Assembly (NCBI GenBank): GCA_973895155.1
Contig: OZ316892.1
Location: 3,661,223 to 3,725,222, forward strand
DNA: 64,000 nt
DNA from: Marsupella aquatica
Lineage: Eukaryota > Plantae > Marchantiophyta
Direction of reading: 5' to 3'
Position numbers and translations under genes: made by a program. The notes below the pieces were generated by a model that saw only the letters and a list, made by a program, of their open reading frames with translations, searched no databases and was not told the origin of the DNA. The number at the start of each line of letters is the position of its first letter. Positions within the stretch are counted from its first letter, which is position 1. Shown piece by piece: positions 1-11,581 of the stretch.

Positions 1-284
1 CATAAATGGAGGCAGTCAGCTTTTTTATGGGCAAAATGTGCCAAATTCCATATTAATGAAAATTCTTAGTCACATTACGCAAACTTTTGCCAGGCTTTTT
101 GACTTTGATCTGCCAGTATTCCACCTATTCACAGACTCCACTAGCCATGAGTCTAGTGTGTAACTATAGCATTTCTATATAGAAAGTCTCTATATCAATA
201 GTGTAAATCATATGTAAGTGCAAGATTTGAGCTTCTTCCCAATCGACAAATATACAACGATCTGATCCAAATAAGACTAACCTT

Positions 285-387
285 TGTTGATGAATGATGC
301 GGGAAATGATAATGAGATTCCTCTCTATAGAATGAATGGGTGCATCTCTTTATATAGTCTCCGTCTGAGTCTAGTTAGGGTATAACA
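285..387 (-). repeat. 3' LTR (103 bp, internally deleted) of the non-autonomous element
   Basis: Direct repeat of 3776-3917 lacking 39 bp between two GAGT motifs; adjacent to the PPT. Confidence 0.92.
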
Positions 388-1979
388 CTCCCCCTTGGCT
401 ATATAGTGATAACTATGTAGACAAAAAGTCTTCTAACTAAATTATCATGCTTATAAACATGGCATGATTTGAGTACAAATGAGGAAGGTACTGCCTCGTT
501 AAAACCTTTAACAGCTCTAAAAAAACTCTATCAGGGTAACAGAGAAGAAGAAAAAAATTAAAAAATCTTGGCTCTAAAGGAAAAGAGTACAGCCCTGTCG
601 GTCCTCAAGTGAATTCGGTGCTATGTGGAGTTAACAGCAACAACTCCACTCCGTCAAAATGAACAAGTTGTCATATGCTCAACGACTCAACAACAACGCG
701 ACATGTCTCCAAATCGCTCACCATCGCGCATACATCCGCACATACATCCTCGCATCGAATACAAATTAAAACATATATGAAAAAATGATTAGTAATTAAG
801 TTATTATCATAAAATCACTTGTCCGTGGCTCATCTACGCAAAGTGTAAAGTATAATAATAAATAATGTCATCTCGTGCAACTGAGTGCGTAAAGTATGGG
901 ATGTAAAAAGTCCAAAAAATATGATCTCCCCTTCAAAACAAGGTTTCGAGGAATATATTATTCTCGTAAAACTCAAATATCGAAACTCTCCCTTAGAGTT
1001 CAAGGACTCCTAATTAGATTCTTAAATAGAGGGTTCTTGTGCAAAATGCACAATTCGCAAGCGTGTGTAGTCGACACACAAAGAAATCTCTCAATCTTAG
1101 ATTTCAAAAACATGTAGTATCAAATAGTTTTTATGTGAAAAATAATCTGCAGCACCAAAGGGTGTGCATTCACAACACCAGCGGGTGTGTGTATAATATG
1201 GCACGTTTGCCCTGCACGTCTGCAGTTCTCATATTTTGACAAAAAGTGTCAAGTAAATATAACTTCACAAATAACCCTGTGGAATCCAAACATTCAGTCG
1301 AACGTCCATGTGTGTCCTAGCACAGAGAAATGCTAGCTCAAAATGATTCGCTATCTTGCGGAGGTAAAGTGATATTCATAAACGTCAAACAACTCCGCAT
1401 AAAAATAGTTTAGAGCTAGCGATAGTCAAAAGATCCCACTTAATGACCAAGTACCAAAATGTACTCGTAGTGGGTAAATCAAGTGTGATTGGGGTTTGAG
1501 AAAATAAACTTTCTCCCCCTAAATATGCATTTTATGCATATATTATAGTTGAAAGCTAGAATTAAGTTGGATCGGACAAAGTTATGGGGTTTTTCCATAT
1601 TAACCCCTCATTACTCATTCTGATTTGAGTTTACTTCGGGTTTCTAAATATTCGCAGTTAAACCCCTAAAGGGTTATTGATTATCCGCTTTTGGATATGA
1701 CTGGAAACTAAAGTCATGGAACTAACCTGAAGTACTGTACCTTAGATTATTCTGGATCTTTCGTGAGAAACATATCTGCCATCGATCACTGGATCTCAGA
1801 AAATCTATACCTTACCCAAATACCTCAAAAACTAGGTCATAGAGCATGGTTAAAGGTATGGTATTAGTTCCATACTTAAAAACTATCATCCCACCGAACA
1901 ATGGCTATAAAAGCTCTCGTTTGAGTTGTTTATGGTATAAAGGCCATGAGGATAAGACCCTTAAGTAAGATATTGCCCT

Positions 1980-2535
1980 AATGTAGGGTGTAAATGGGTG
2001 TAAAACCATGTCAATTGGTGTAAAAGTTGTAAATGGTCAATTTACACACAAAAAGTGTATGGACCAAAGTTTACTCCCCCTGATGGTGTAAATTGGTGTA
2101 AACCAGTGTAAATGCTATAAGCAAGTGTAATCTGGTGTAACCAGTGTAAACAAGTATAAACCCAATGTAAAGCATGGGATTATACAATGGTAAGACATAC
2201 ACCAGTGTAAACTGGTGTCATGAGGTATAATCTAGGATGGTATCATTAGGTGTAAATTAGGGGTATAAAATGGTGTAAAAACCATTTTGTGATTGAAATG
2301 GGTGTAATAACCACTTTGTAAATGGAAAGTAGGGGTATTTGGTATAAAACCATTATTTCCAATGTGCAAAGTCAAGTAAGGGTGGTATGACATGTAAATA
2401 TGTCAAATGCATGTAAAGCATGTGTTGCACATGTAAGGCATGTTAATGTATGCAAATTCAACAAGTGACATATAATTTCCCTAAACCAGTTGATGTGTTT
2501 ACATGTGTAAACTGTGTAAATTGCTGTGTAAATTT
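1980..2535. repeat. Degenerate short-period tandem array (GGTGTAAA/TGTAAA-like) inside the non-autonomous element
   Basis: Many ggtgtaaa/agtgtaaa/catgtaaa units are visible by eye. Confidence 0.75.
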
Positions 2536-3743
2536 GCAATGTGCACTTATCATTTTCCATTTCATGTGTTTATCCATAAGTGCAAAACATCCGTTGTCAA
2601 CAAGATTTTCTTTGTTAATATGTGCATATATGGATAGTTTTTCAAAAATGAAGATTTTGCACTGAAACACATGGGATTCTCTTGTCTTTGGGTAAGTGCA
2701 CCCAAGCATTTGTATTTCAGAAACTCTTTACTATACTGTGCATTTAATGAGGGTTGCACTTATCTGGTGTTCGAGTTTTTCTCGAGGATTTTGAGATCGA
2801 ATGTTGCATGTTTAAGTCACTCATGTGTGTCTCTTGAAATCTCACTTGTCTCTTTGGCTCATTCTTTGATTGCGATCAGCTTCTCAGGCTCATTCTTGGA
2901 CAAGCACAACATTCCATATTTAGGATTCAGAAAATGCTATCAGATCTAGACCCCACAATGATGATTCGTTTCTTTCGCTGGATGCCATCTCCCGTACGTT
3001 CACAACCAAAGCCAAGATGTTCTTCCTCCACGACATTTGCTTCTATCTTCTCCAATTTGATACCACTGTATCAAATGGCTCTTATTGGAATCTTCATTGA
3101 ATCAGCAAACGACCAATTCAACATCCATGTTTGGCCTCTTGTAATGTCTGTACCTCACTCGATCGTGTGTAATGGGCATTTCCTTTCATCCTTTATGGCT
3201 CGCAGATCGACCAACAAGAAACTGTCAGCGGTTGAGAAACATTGTGAAATTCAGGGAAAGAGAAGGCACCTGCGTTCGTCCCTTATGAGGTTAGGGTTTT
3301 GAAAATTTTTCTTATGATCCCGATCGGGTCCTGATTTGCTCTCGATCCACCCGGCTTCAACTCATCGCCTCGAGTGATTTAGGTTGATCTGGCCTGGTTG
3401 GGTAGAAGGAAGCAGTGCGGCTGAACTCGATCTCTCTTGCCTCAGCCATAGCTTTCCACTTGACTCAAATCATTGCCTTGAATACTGCTTTCCCACACGA
3501 TCTTCAGAATCACCCTTCAAAACAAAATTTCTTTTGATCATATCACAGCCTTCATAAGCTTGCTCTCGGCGCGACCACAATGCTACATCTTGTCGTTGCT
3601 TCAACGTGACTCATGTTCTCTTGGTGGTTCAAACTACTAGCCTTCTCACTCCCAATTCAATTCTCCTCCATAACTTGGAAATCCTTAAGAGAACATTCAT
3701 TCATCATAGCCATAGGGAAATTCCTAAAAAAAATTCATGATCA

Positions 3744-3775
3744 AGCTCAGCTGGTCTAGAGTCGTGCTGATAACG
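3744..3775 (-). other. Primer-binding site complementary to the 5' half of tRNA-Ile
   Basis: The plus strand agctcagctggtctagagtcgtgctgataacg resembles the plant tRNA-Ile(AAU) D-arm to anticodon arm (AGCTCAGTTGGTTAGAGCGTCGTGCTAATAACG, recalled, not searched). It abuts the 5' LTR. Confidence 0.8.
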
Positions 3776-3917
3776 TGTTGAGGAATGATGCGGGAAATGA
3801 TAATGAGATTCCTCTCTATAGAATGAATGGGTGCATCTCTTTATATAGTCTCCGTCTGAGTTATCTTATACGGTAACTATGGTTAAGGTAACCATGGAGT
3901 CTAGTTAGGGTATAACA
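3776..3917 (-). repeat. 5' LTR (142 bp) of the non-autonomous element
   Basis: TGTTG...TAACA termini, TATA-like tatataaag on the minus strand, followed by TSD ACCTT. Confidence 0.92.
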
Positions 3918-5547
3918 ACCTTGTCTGCTTATATTGCAAACAAAACCCTACCAGTGGGGCCAATGTTACTGCAAGTGCTCATGTACCTGGTCACACAACT
4001 GCGAGAGCTGCACGGCTGAAAGAGGAAGCCTACCTATTCTCCCCGTTTGCTCCAAAGGTTTTGGGGGCTCTACACTGAGCCTTTGACTGCTTTTTACAGT
4101 CTTTTGTGGTTCATTATACTGAGCTGGTTTTAGGTCCTCTGTTTCTAGTTGGTTTTGTTGTAGGCTTGTGCCTAGATATCTTGAGTTTGTCGCCTCTTTG
4201 GTTGCCTCCCCTTGCTTGAGACTTTCCTTCATAGGATTCTCTCTCCAGGTTGGGTCCCTCTTGGTATTATGCATTTTTGTTACATATAATAGGTTTAGTT
4301 CGAATTGGGAAACTAAAGCCATGATGGACCTCTAGTTTATCTATGAAGCCCAGATAAACTGACTCAGATAACACTGTTTATACTTTTGATTGACATGTGA
4401 CTTGTAAACAGTCTCCTTACCGTTGCAGCCGGTTTCAATAACATTACCACTGGTTTTCTTGGTACCTTGACGACTCGACAACCTTGAACCAGATGCAGTC
4501 CGGATCACCATGACGTCTTGGCTGTTTTCTCCCCCAAGGTAGTGTCAACTAGGATGCACGGCTGGTTCATTTTTCTTTTTGGTATAAAAACATTTTTCTT
4601 TTTGGTATAAAAACAATGATCCTCAGTCCATGGGGATGGGCTGGGACAATGTCAGGGTCCATCCAGGCTTTTGTTTCCTTTAATTGGAGAATGAATCTAG
4701 GAATGGAAATGTACTTTTTACAGTCCTGCTAAACGCCGGGATGGTCAGTGACGTACGGATGGGAGCAAACTTTCTTCGATTCCAATGTATTACACTCTAC
4801 AGTGTCAGTGAGACACGGGGTCCAGATCGACGGTCACCGTAGCTTCCAGAATATATGGGGGGCATACCGACCATCGATTCGTAGGACTTCGTTGTGGTAA
4901 CGCTTGACTGCAGTGACACATTATCGTAATTTGGTTACCAGTACTTTAGCGAAGACTTCGATGCGATCAATATCTCAATTGAAGCCATCGTGTAAGCACG
5001 TGGAAGATGTCGGGAAACTACGGTAACAGCACATTCCTTTCCTCCTTTTGCGCCTCGGGATCGGGTATCGCAAACACGCAAAATGCCCACACTGGGAACA
5101 CGAAATTCATTCCAGATTTCTATGGGCGTGTTGGATTCCTTGCAGACGCAGTCACAAGGGTTTGGTTAAAAATTGCTTTATGTGCCCAGATCCGTTTACT
5201 GCAAGGGACGATAACTTGTTTCTCTTGAAGTGTGTCGAGTGGTGAAAAATAATAAAACTAATTTAATTGACTTTACAATAATTTGAAACACAAATAATTC
5301 TTTTTTATTTAGTGTCTTAGAGGATGTCGTAGAGTGTCTGAGTTGAGTGTCGTAGCCTTTCTAAGAGCATCTCCAAAGGTTGAGATGCAGCACGTTTTTG
5401 GTCGAAAATGAGTTGGATTTCACCTCTCTAACAAGTCGGCCGCTTTTGATTGGAATTTGCTAGGTTTCCTGTTGAGTTGGAAGCACCATGGAGTTGCTCT
5501 GGTAGTGACATGGTATGTGGAGTCCCCCGGCAACGGATTAGTAAGAA

Positions 5548-5750
5548 GATGTAAACCAAAGACTTGCTCCCCTGAGGATATCCATGTCTTCTTTGTAGAC
5601 TTAGTCACTGGATGTAAACCAAATGACTTGCTCTACTAGAGTATATCCGTGCCCTGTTTGTAGATTTAGTCAATGAATGTAGGCGGAAGGACTTGCTCCA
5701 CTGGAGGATGTCCATGTCCTGTTCGTAGATTCACTGGAGCAAGTCCTTGA
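5548..5750. repeat. Three diverged ~64-bp tandem repeats
   Basis: The unit gatgtaaaccaaa..gacttgctc..atatcc..tgtagatttagtca recurs three times. Confidence 0.7.
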
Positions 5751-6710
5751 GAATTTGAGAATAGTTTTCTTATGTCTTGATTTCTGATTTTGGAGGTTTC
5801 AGCACATATTTTCATGCTTTCTTGTTTTTGGTACTTTGCTGACCCGTTATCTACTCAATTGAGTGGCTTCGGGGAAAAGCACCACAAGTTGTACAGAGCA
5901 TGAAACAATGAGATTGAGGGCAAACAGTGGGTTTTTCCTTCTAAACCACCTCCCGTGATATATGCTTCATTATTGTCCTTAAAATATGGCTGGGTTTTTC
6001 TCACAATTGAATGAAGAGGCACCCATTTTTGGTGATGGTGGTACATCTCGAAGTTTCTCTATGACATAGGATGTGATGTCTCGACGACAGCCAGGTTTTA
6101 TAGACTTTTGACTCAAATTCTGTACAAAGCTGGATTCACGTACATCCTGTAGCAACGATTAGCAACAAGATAACCAATACCTTCACTTTTATCGATACCG
6201 CTGGTCTCAGATTTCTCGGTCTCCTCGCCATAGGGTGCAAGAAAGGGTGAGGATGCGAAGCACACGAAGTTAGTAAATCGACCAGGCTGTAATAGAACCG
6301 AGTGACTGTCAACATCAATCCATCTAGTTTTGTGAAGTTGAAGTGCCTGATTGATTGCTGTTGAAGTGGGACAGATTGGAAGGAGTCAACTTAAGGTGCA
6401 TGATTGTGTGTACAGCAAATTTTCATTGATCTCCCCTCTAGTCTCTCAGTCTGTGTTTGCATCTTGCCTCATAGGAGAAAGACGGATATCATTGATCTCT
6501 CATTTCTGTTGTACTCGTTGACAAGGATCTCCATCAAGAAATGTATGACTTCGCGCCTTGAAGGTTTTGCGACTTGTGCAGGACACCGGTAGTGTCAGAG
6601 GCCAGCCTGATTTAACACCTTTCACGCAGAATGGTGGATAAACTGGCAACGTTTCTTCTTCAGGGCCAATTCAGTGATGTCATTCTCTTCCTGGATCCTC
6701 TTTTGGTGCG

Positions 6711-7130
6711 AACCACACGAGTTGGACCATAGTGCGCTCCTACCATCATTTGGAATCAAGTCCCGGTCAATTACATTACAATGAGCTGTCTCTAGGAATA
6801 GCTCCTTTTTCTTGTTGTCGTCCAAGATCTTCTCTAATCACGGCCATCTCATTCGTGGCGGCAAAGAAGTAAAAGTTTTAGACGAGAAATATGTAATCTT
6901 CAGCAAGTGAGAACCACACGAAGGCGCCCTGGAACATCGCTGGCTCCTACCATCATTTTTGGAAGTCATTCTCCGGTTGATTGCGTAGCAAAGAGATGTC
7001 TCCAGGAATAGCTGCATTTTCTAGTTGTCTTCAAGATCCTCTCTGATAATCACTGCCATCTCATCCATGGCGACAAAGAAGTACAAGTTTTAGACGAGAA
7101 ATGTTTAGTCTTCAGCAACAGAGAAAACAC
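6711..7130. repeat. Diverged ~200-bp tandem duplication, possibly within a decayed minus-strand gene
   Basis: The blocks aaccacacga...gctcctaccatcattt...aggaatagct...gccatctcat...caaagaagta.aagttttagacgagaaat...tcttcagcaa occur twice. Confidence 0.7.
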
Positions 7131-9002
7131 ATTGTCCAGAGCTACAGGATTTCTGGACACTGAAGAACTAGGAAAGAGAAGTCACTCAGTTTGAGCCACT
7201 GTAATTTTTAACGGAGATGTCAAAGGGAGGCGATATTGTTCGGTAGAGCCATGGGCCCAATTCCAGCTCCAAAATCAACTTTGCAGAGCCAAATTCGTTG
7301 TTGTGGTGATTACTTTTCAATCAGGCATCACAATGTGTCCAGCTTCACGGTGAAACAGGTCTCGGGGATGAACAGGTATGATTGTCACACTACCAACGAG
7401 TCAAACCTCAAATACGAGGTTATTTTACACAAACAACTTTGGCAGTCAGAAGCACTTTGGCCAGTACGTTCTGTTCCGATCTCAAAAGACTGAATAAACT
7501 CACTCATAATTCCTGATCATATCTAAGCAGAAGCGGTACTAGATGATCGAACATAAGCACCATTATGATCCTGATTGCGATAATTTATTTGTCTTTCGAA
7601 AGATATCAATGCATTTAGCAAACTCAAAGATGTATCAGAGTACATTGTGTCAGTGACATGTGACATCCTAATCTCCTTCAAAGGTAGACATCCATTTGAA
7701 AGACATGAAAGTACAGCATTCCTTATCAGATTGGACATAAGTGCAGCCTTGTTCATGAAAAGCAACCATACAGAGAAGACTTAATCGCCTTTTCTTTGAA
7801 CAGCGGTTAAAAAGGTAAGTTCTATCCATATTCAACTCAACAAGCTTTGGACATGCTAATTATGCATGACGTTTTTAGTATCGGTACAGTGGGAACAGAA
7901 TCCCGACTCATCCAATCCTGTCTAACATAATACGTAATGGTAATTATCATCCCAGGACACGATAGTTCACGAAGGCTGCCACCTTCGAGATTTGAAGCTT
8001 CCTCATTGTACAGAATTCATGCGAATACTCTGTTAAGAAGACTTTACTACGCATTTCAGAGCTAGTTTGGATATAATCATGTCAAAATCTTTGCTGCAAC
8101 TACAACGTATGGTTGAGATATTGCGGGGATTGCTGTGCTCAGACTCCTGTGGATCTCAAAACTCCTAATCAACACAATTGTTGGTCCTCCCTTAGTAGGC
8201 CTCGAAACTTGTGGATCAATCTTAAGGCAACAACCAGCAGCCGAGCACTCCCACAACAGAGGATCCACGTCGTAAGAAATCAAGCCAAACTATTATTCAG
8301 CAATATTTACAAAGTTGTAGTGCTGACTCTCAAGATTCAATGATTTACGGTACAATTTCGTGTTGCGTTTACGAAATCCTGGTTGTCCTCCAGTGTCTGT
8401 GTTAGTCCCAGATGACATTTTAAATGGGAGGATATTTAAGCATATAAGAATGGTTCGGGGACAACGAAAGATTAAGCTCTGTTGATGGTCACTAGAAGAG
8501 ATTGTAGGCTGGGGGCTTGATGGACGGCAAGCTTGGAACTTCCTCATCAAATTCCCTTCTCGGTCATCCAAATGCATTTATACACTCCGCATTCCAGGCT
8601 AGCGAAAGCAGGCACGGAGGCAGGAACTCACATCTCCGGCGCCAGCATTTTCCGACTGAGGACGACCTTCAGGACCGCGGAACACTTTGCTTCCCATGCT
8701 CAAACGAGATATTGTCATAGTCTCGCTTACTTCAGCGCATGGAAAAGGGCTCGGAAGTCAAGGGAAGGCCTCAGAAATGTCACCCTGGAAGAGTAGTTTG
8801 CAATTGTCGAAATTCTGTAGCTGACGCGACGCCAAAGTGACCAGCATGCTCATTTGTCGAAGCACCTGGGACAGCTCTTCTAAGCTGTATTGTCTTGCTT
8901 CGGCAACGATCTCTTCCTGCCAGTTGCAAATGAGGATCTCGCATCTACATCAGGCGTATTTGACGACATTCCCTGCATATCAGGTATGTCCGCTCTGCCA
9001 TT

Positions 9003-10646
9003 TCAATTTGTTTTCTTTTGAATTGGAAACCAAGAATTGAAGTACTTCGCCAGTGCTTCGAGGGATTGTTCCGTCCCGACGAACGCCACATATCCGTCTG
9101 GGCGCACAAGGGTCAACGAAGGTTGTGAGCCGAAGACACTTCGGAATGACTGTTCCTGCCCGGGGACGGGTGCGACGTTGAAAGTCTGCATCAATGGCTT
9201 CCAGCTAACCAAAGACGATTGCACAGATCGGTGGGTAGCATCAGCGTCGGTGAGGTTTGCGAAGACGAGGGTGAATCGGTCTGTGCTGAGACCGGAAAAC
9301 AGGCTCTCGGGGTTAGATTGGGGTTCGTGTTTGCCTTCGCCCTCTTGGACGATGGTCAGAACCTTCACGTTCGGGATGCGGTCCCCTGCTTTGAGCACTC
9401 TACCAGAACTTCTACCGTGCGACACAGAAAGAGAGCTGTGGCGGTAATTGAGAGCAACCTGGCTAATTGTTGTTGTGACGTTCTCCTGGAAGAACCCTCT
9501 ACTTGCAACCCACGGGGCGATGACACTCAATGCCGAGCGAAACACCTTACTCTTGCTGCCCATTGTGTCGGTCAGCACTTCGGTCCTCGACAGCACATCG
9601 CGAATTACTGGAATGCGGTCTTCAGTGTAGGTGTCTAGCAATTTCGGGTCCGCTTGTCCCTTCAGCACAAACGCGAGCTTCCAGGCGAGATTGATCATGT
9701 CCTGAATGCCTGTGTTCATGCCTTGCCCGCCTGCCGGACTGTGAATGTGAGCGGAGTCTCCTCCGATGAACGCACGCCCAACCCGTAGTCGGTCCACCAT
9801 GCGGCTGTTGATTCCAAACCAGCTGCTCCAACCCATATCATAAAGGCGGGCCGGGATGTGCGAGCGTTGGTTGTAGATCGTCTGTAACTCCTCAAGCGAC
9901 GGACTCGTGTTTTTGTTTGGTGCGCTCAGTGGATTGCTCGCGATCATCCGAAAATGGCTCTCGCCCAGCGGGAGAAGTCCCATGAAGCCGAATTCCGAAG
10001 AAAATATGTGCAAATCCGTTGCCGCCAGATCGCTCTCAACATACAGATCCCCGGTGGCGTAAATTTCATCTCGAGTTTTGCCCTTGAATTGAAGATCCAA
10101 AGTCGTGCGACAAATGCTGTGCGAGCCTTCAGTGTCGATCAGGTACGCGCAGCTGAAGTCTTCTAACCTCCCATCACTGTGTTTTAGAATCGCATTTACA
10201 GCATCGCCGCGGTTCCGGTCCCGGTCCGCCTGCGCAAACGCAACAAACTCCACCTCGCGTTCGATCGGCACCCCTTGCTTCTCAAGGGCAGTACGCAGGA
10301 TGGCTTCCGTCTCAGCCTGCGAGATGAACAACAAGTATCCGTAATCGCTGCTGTTATGGGAAAATTCCAATCGGAGGATGCATTTGCCTTCAACATAGAC
10401 GCTGTTGGCGATACCCTGGTTGCCTTTCTCAAGCATCGGCTGAATGATGCCGCGCTGCTCAAATAGCTCCAACGTTCGCGCCTGCACACCTACCGCCCTG
10501 GACGTCGTCGCTGGTTCCGCCATCTTTTCGATGAGTCTTACTGGGATGTGCAGCCGGGACAGTTCAAGCGCAGCTGTCATACCCGTTGGACCGGCACCTA
10601 CTATGAGAACCATTGACGACTGCGGGTTCACCTGTCTCTCCTCCAT
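9003..10646 (-). CDS. FAD-dependent aromatic monooxygenase (PheA/TfdB-like, FAD_binding_3), intronless, 547 aa
   Basis: GAGPTG Rossmann motif, SRAVG, DTEGSHS (variant DG motif), GDSAHIHSPAGGQGMNTGIQD..NLAWKL and C-terminal LVRPDGYV. The first ATG (MEERQ) is at 10646; the ORF-track start at 10712 is a TTG. Confidence 0.93.
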   Translation of the reverse strand: MEERQVNPQSSMVLIVGAGPTGMTAALELSRLHIPVRLIEKMAEPATTSRAVGVQARTLELFEQRGIIQPMLEKGNQGIANSVYVEGKCILRLEFSHNSSDYGYLLFISQAETEAILRTALEKQGVPIEREVEFVAFAQADRDRNRGDAVNAILKHSDGRLEDFSCAYLIDTEGSHSICRTTLDLQFKGKTRDEIYATGDLYVESDLAATDLHIFSSEFGFMGLLPLGESHFRMIASNPLSAPNKNTSPSLEELQTIYNQRSHIPARLYDMGWSSWFGINSRMVDRLRVGRAFIGGDSAHIHSPAGGQGMNTGIQDMINLAWKLAFVLKGQADPKLLDTYTEDRIPVIRDVLSRTEVLTDTMGSKSKVFRSALSVIAPWVASRGFFQENVTTTISQVALNYRHSSLSVSHGRSSGRVLKAGDRIPNVKVLTIVQEGEGKHEPQSNPESLFSGLSTDRFTLVFANLTDADATHRSVQSSLVSWKPLMQTFNVAPVPGQEQSFRSVFGSQPSLTLVRPDGYVAFVGTEQSLEALAKYFNSWFPIQKKTN

Positions 10647-10679
10647 AATGCGTCTTCTAGAGACGGTCGACTGTATAGA

Positions 10680-10848
10680 GTTCTCTCCTGCAGGAGCTAG
10701 TCGAGGGCTCAATGAGTATGAGCAAACAAGGACCTGAGATCAGTGAAGTCCGAGGCAAATTGTGTTCTCTCCTGCAGAAGCTAGTCGAGGGCTGAATGAT
10801 TATGAGCAAACAAGGACCTGAGATTGAAGTGAACTTCGAGGCAACAAG
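10680..10848. repeat. Two ~84-bp tandem repeats in the leader of the monooxygenase
   Basis: ttctctcctgcag.agctagtcgagggct.aatga.tatgagcaaacaaggacctgagat appears twice. Confidence 0.85.
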
Positions 10849-11277
10849 CTGGCTCGGGTACAACCAGGAACTGAGAAATCGATTTATGAATTGCTGGATG
10901 TGGCCACAGCCAGCTTAAATACTTTCCATGTCTATGAAGAACAAATTCTTTTTGCTTTCAATAGGTGGCGTCATTTCTGGCGTGGCGATTGACGTCAATT
11001 TTCACTTCACAGATGTCTACATTGGAGACAGCCACCTATGGACGATCTTTGGAAAACGTTTGACCATCTCGTGCCTTTTTACGACATCGCGAATGCCATC
11101 ATGACATCATACAGTATCTCATTAGTTTCTTCGATTATGGCGGCAGTATTCTCCCAGGTCGATTTGAGTTCGTGACTACGGGTAGTCCAAGAGCAACTTC
11201 CTGCGAATGTGCAATGGCCTTCCTTTTACTAGAACCGGAGCACAATTCACTGGCGCTCAAGTTAAGTGATTGCCGTG

Positions 11278-11581
11278 GGACACGTCGTGATTTACGTTGT
11301 TACGTGGCGAAAGCTAATTTCTGATTCTTCTTTGCAACTTTCGATCAGACAGCAAATTGGAGAGGTCATTGTTTAATGGGTATTCGGTTTTATAGTACTC
11401 GCAGTAACCTCTTTGCAAGCTCATGCACAGGACACGTCGTGATTTACGTTGTTACGTGGCGAAAGCTAATTTCTGATTCTTCTTTGCAACTTTCGATCAG
11501 ACAGCAAATTGGAGAGGTCATTGTTTAATGGGTATTCGGTTTTATAGTACTCGCAGTAACCTCTTTGCAAGCTCATGCACA
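11278..11581. repeat. Perfect 2 x 152-bp tandem duplication containing ACGT/ABRE-like boxes
   Basis: Copies begin at 11278 and 11430; each carries cacgtc, tacgtt and tacgtggc. Confidence 0.92.

Larger units (their letters stand above)
285..3917 (-). mobile_element. Non-autonomous LTR retrotransposon (Bianca/Ty1-copia-related, no recognisable gag-pol)
   Basis: TG...CA LTRs at 285-387 and 3776-3917, identical apart from one substitution and a 39-bp deletion. 5-bp TSD ACCTT at 280-284 and 3918-3922. Minus-strand PPT (ctcccccttg) follows 387; PBS cgttatcagcacgac lies at 3761-3775. No long ORF inside. Confidence 0.92.

Noticed and set aside
5363-5378. TAAGAGCATCTCCAA, a PIF/Harbinger-Tourist-like TIR
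   Set aside because: I found no partner TIR or TSD nearby.
5548-5750. Regularly spaced repeats superficially like a CRISPR array
   Set aside because: Eukaryotic context, whole units repeat without unique spacers, and there are no cas genes.
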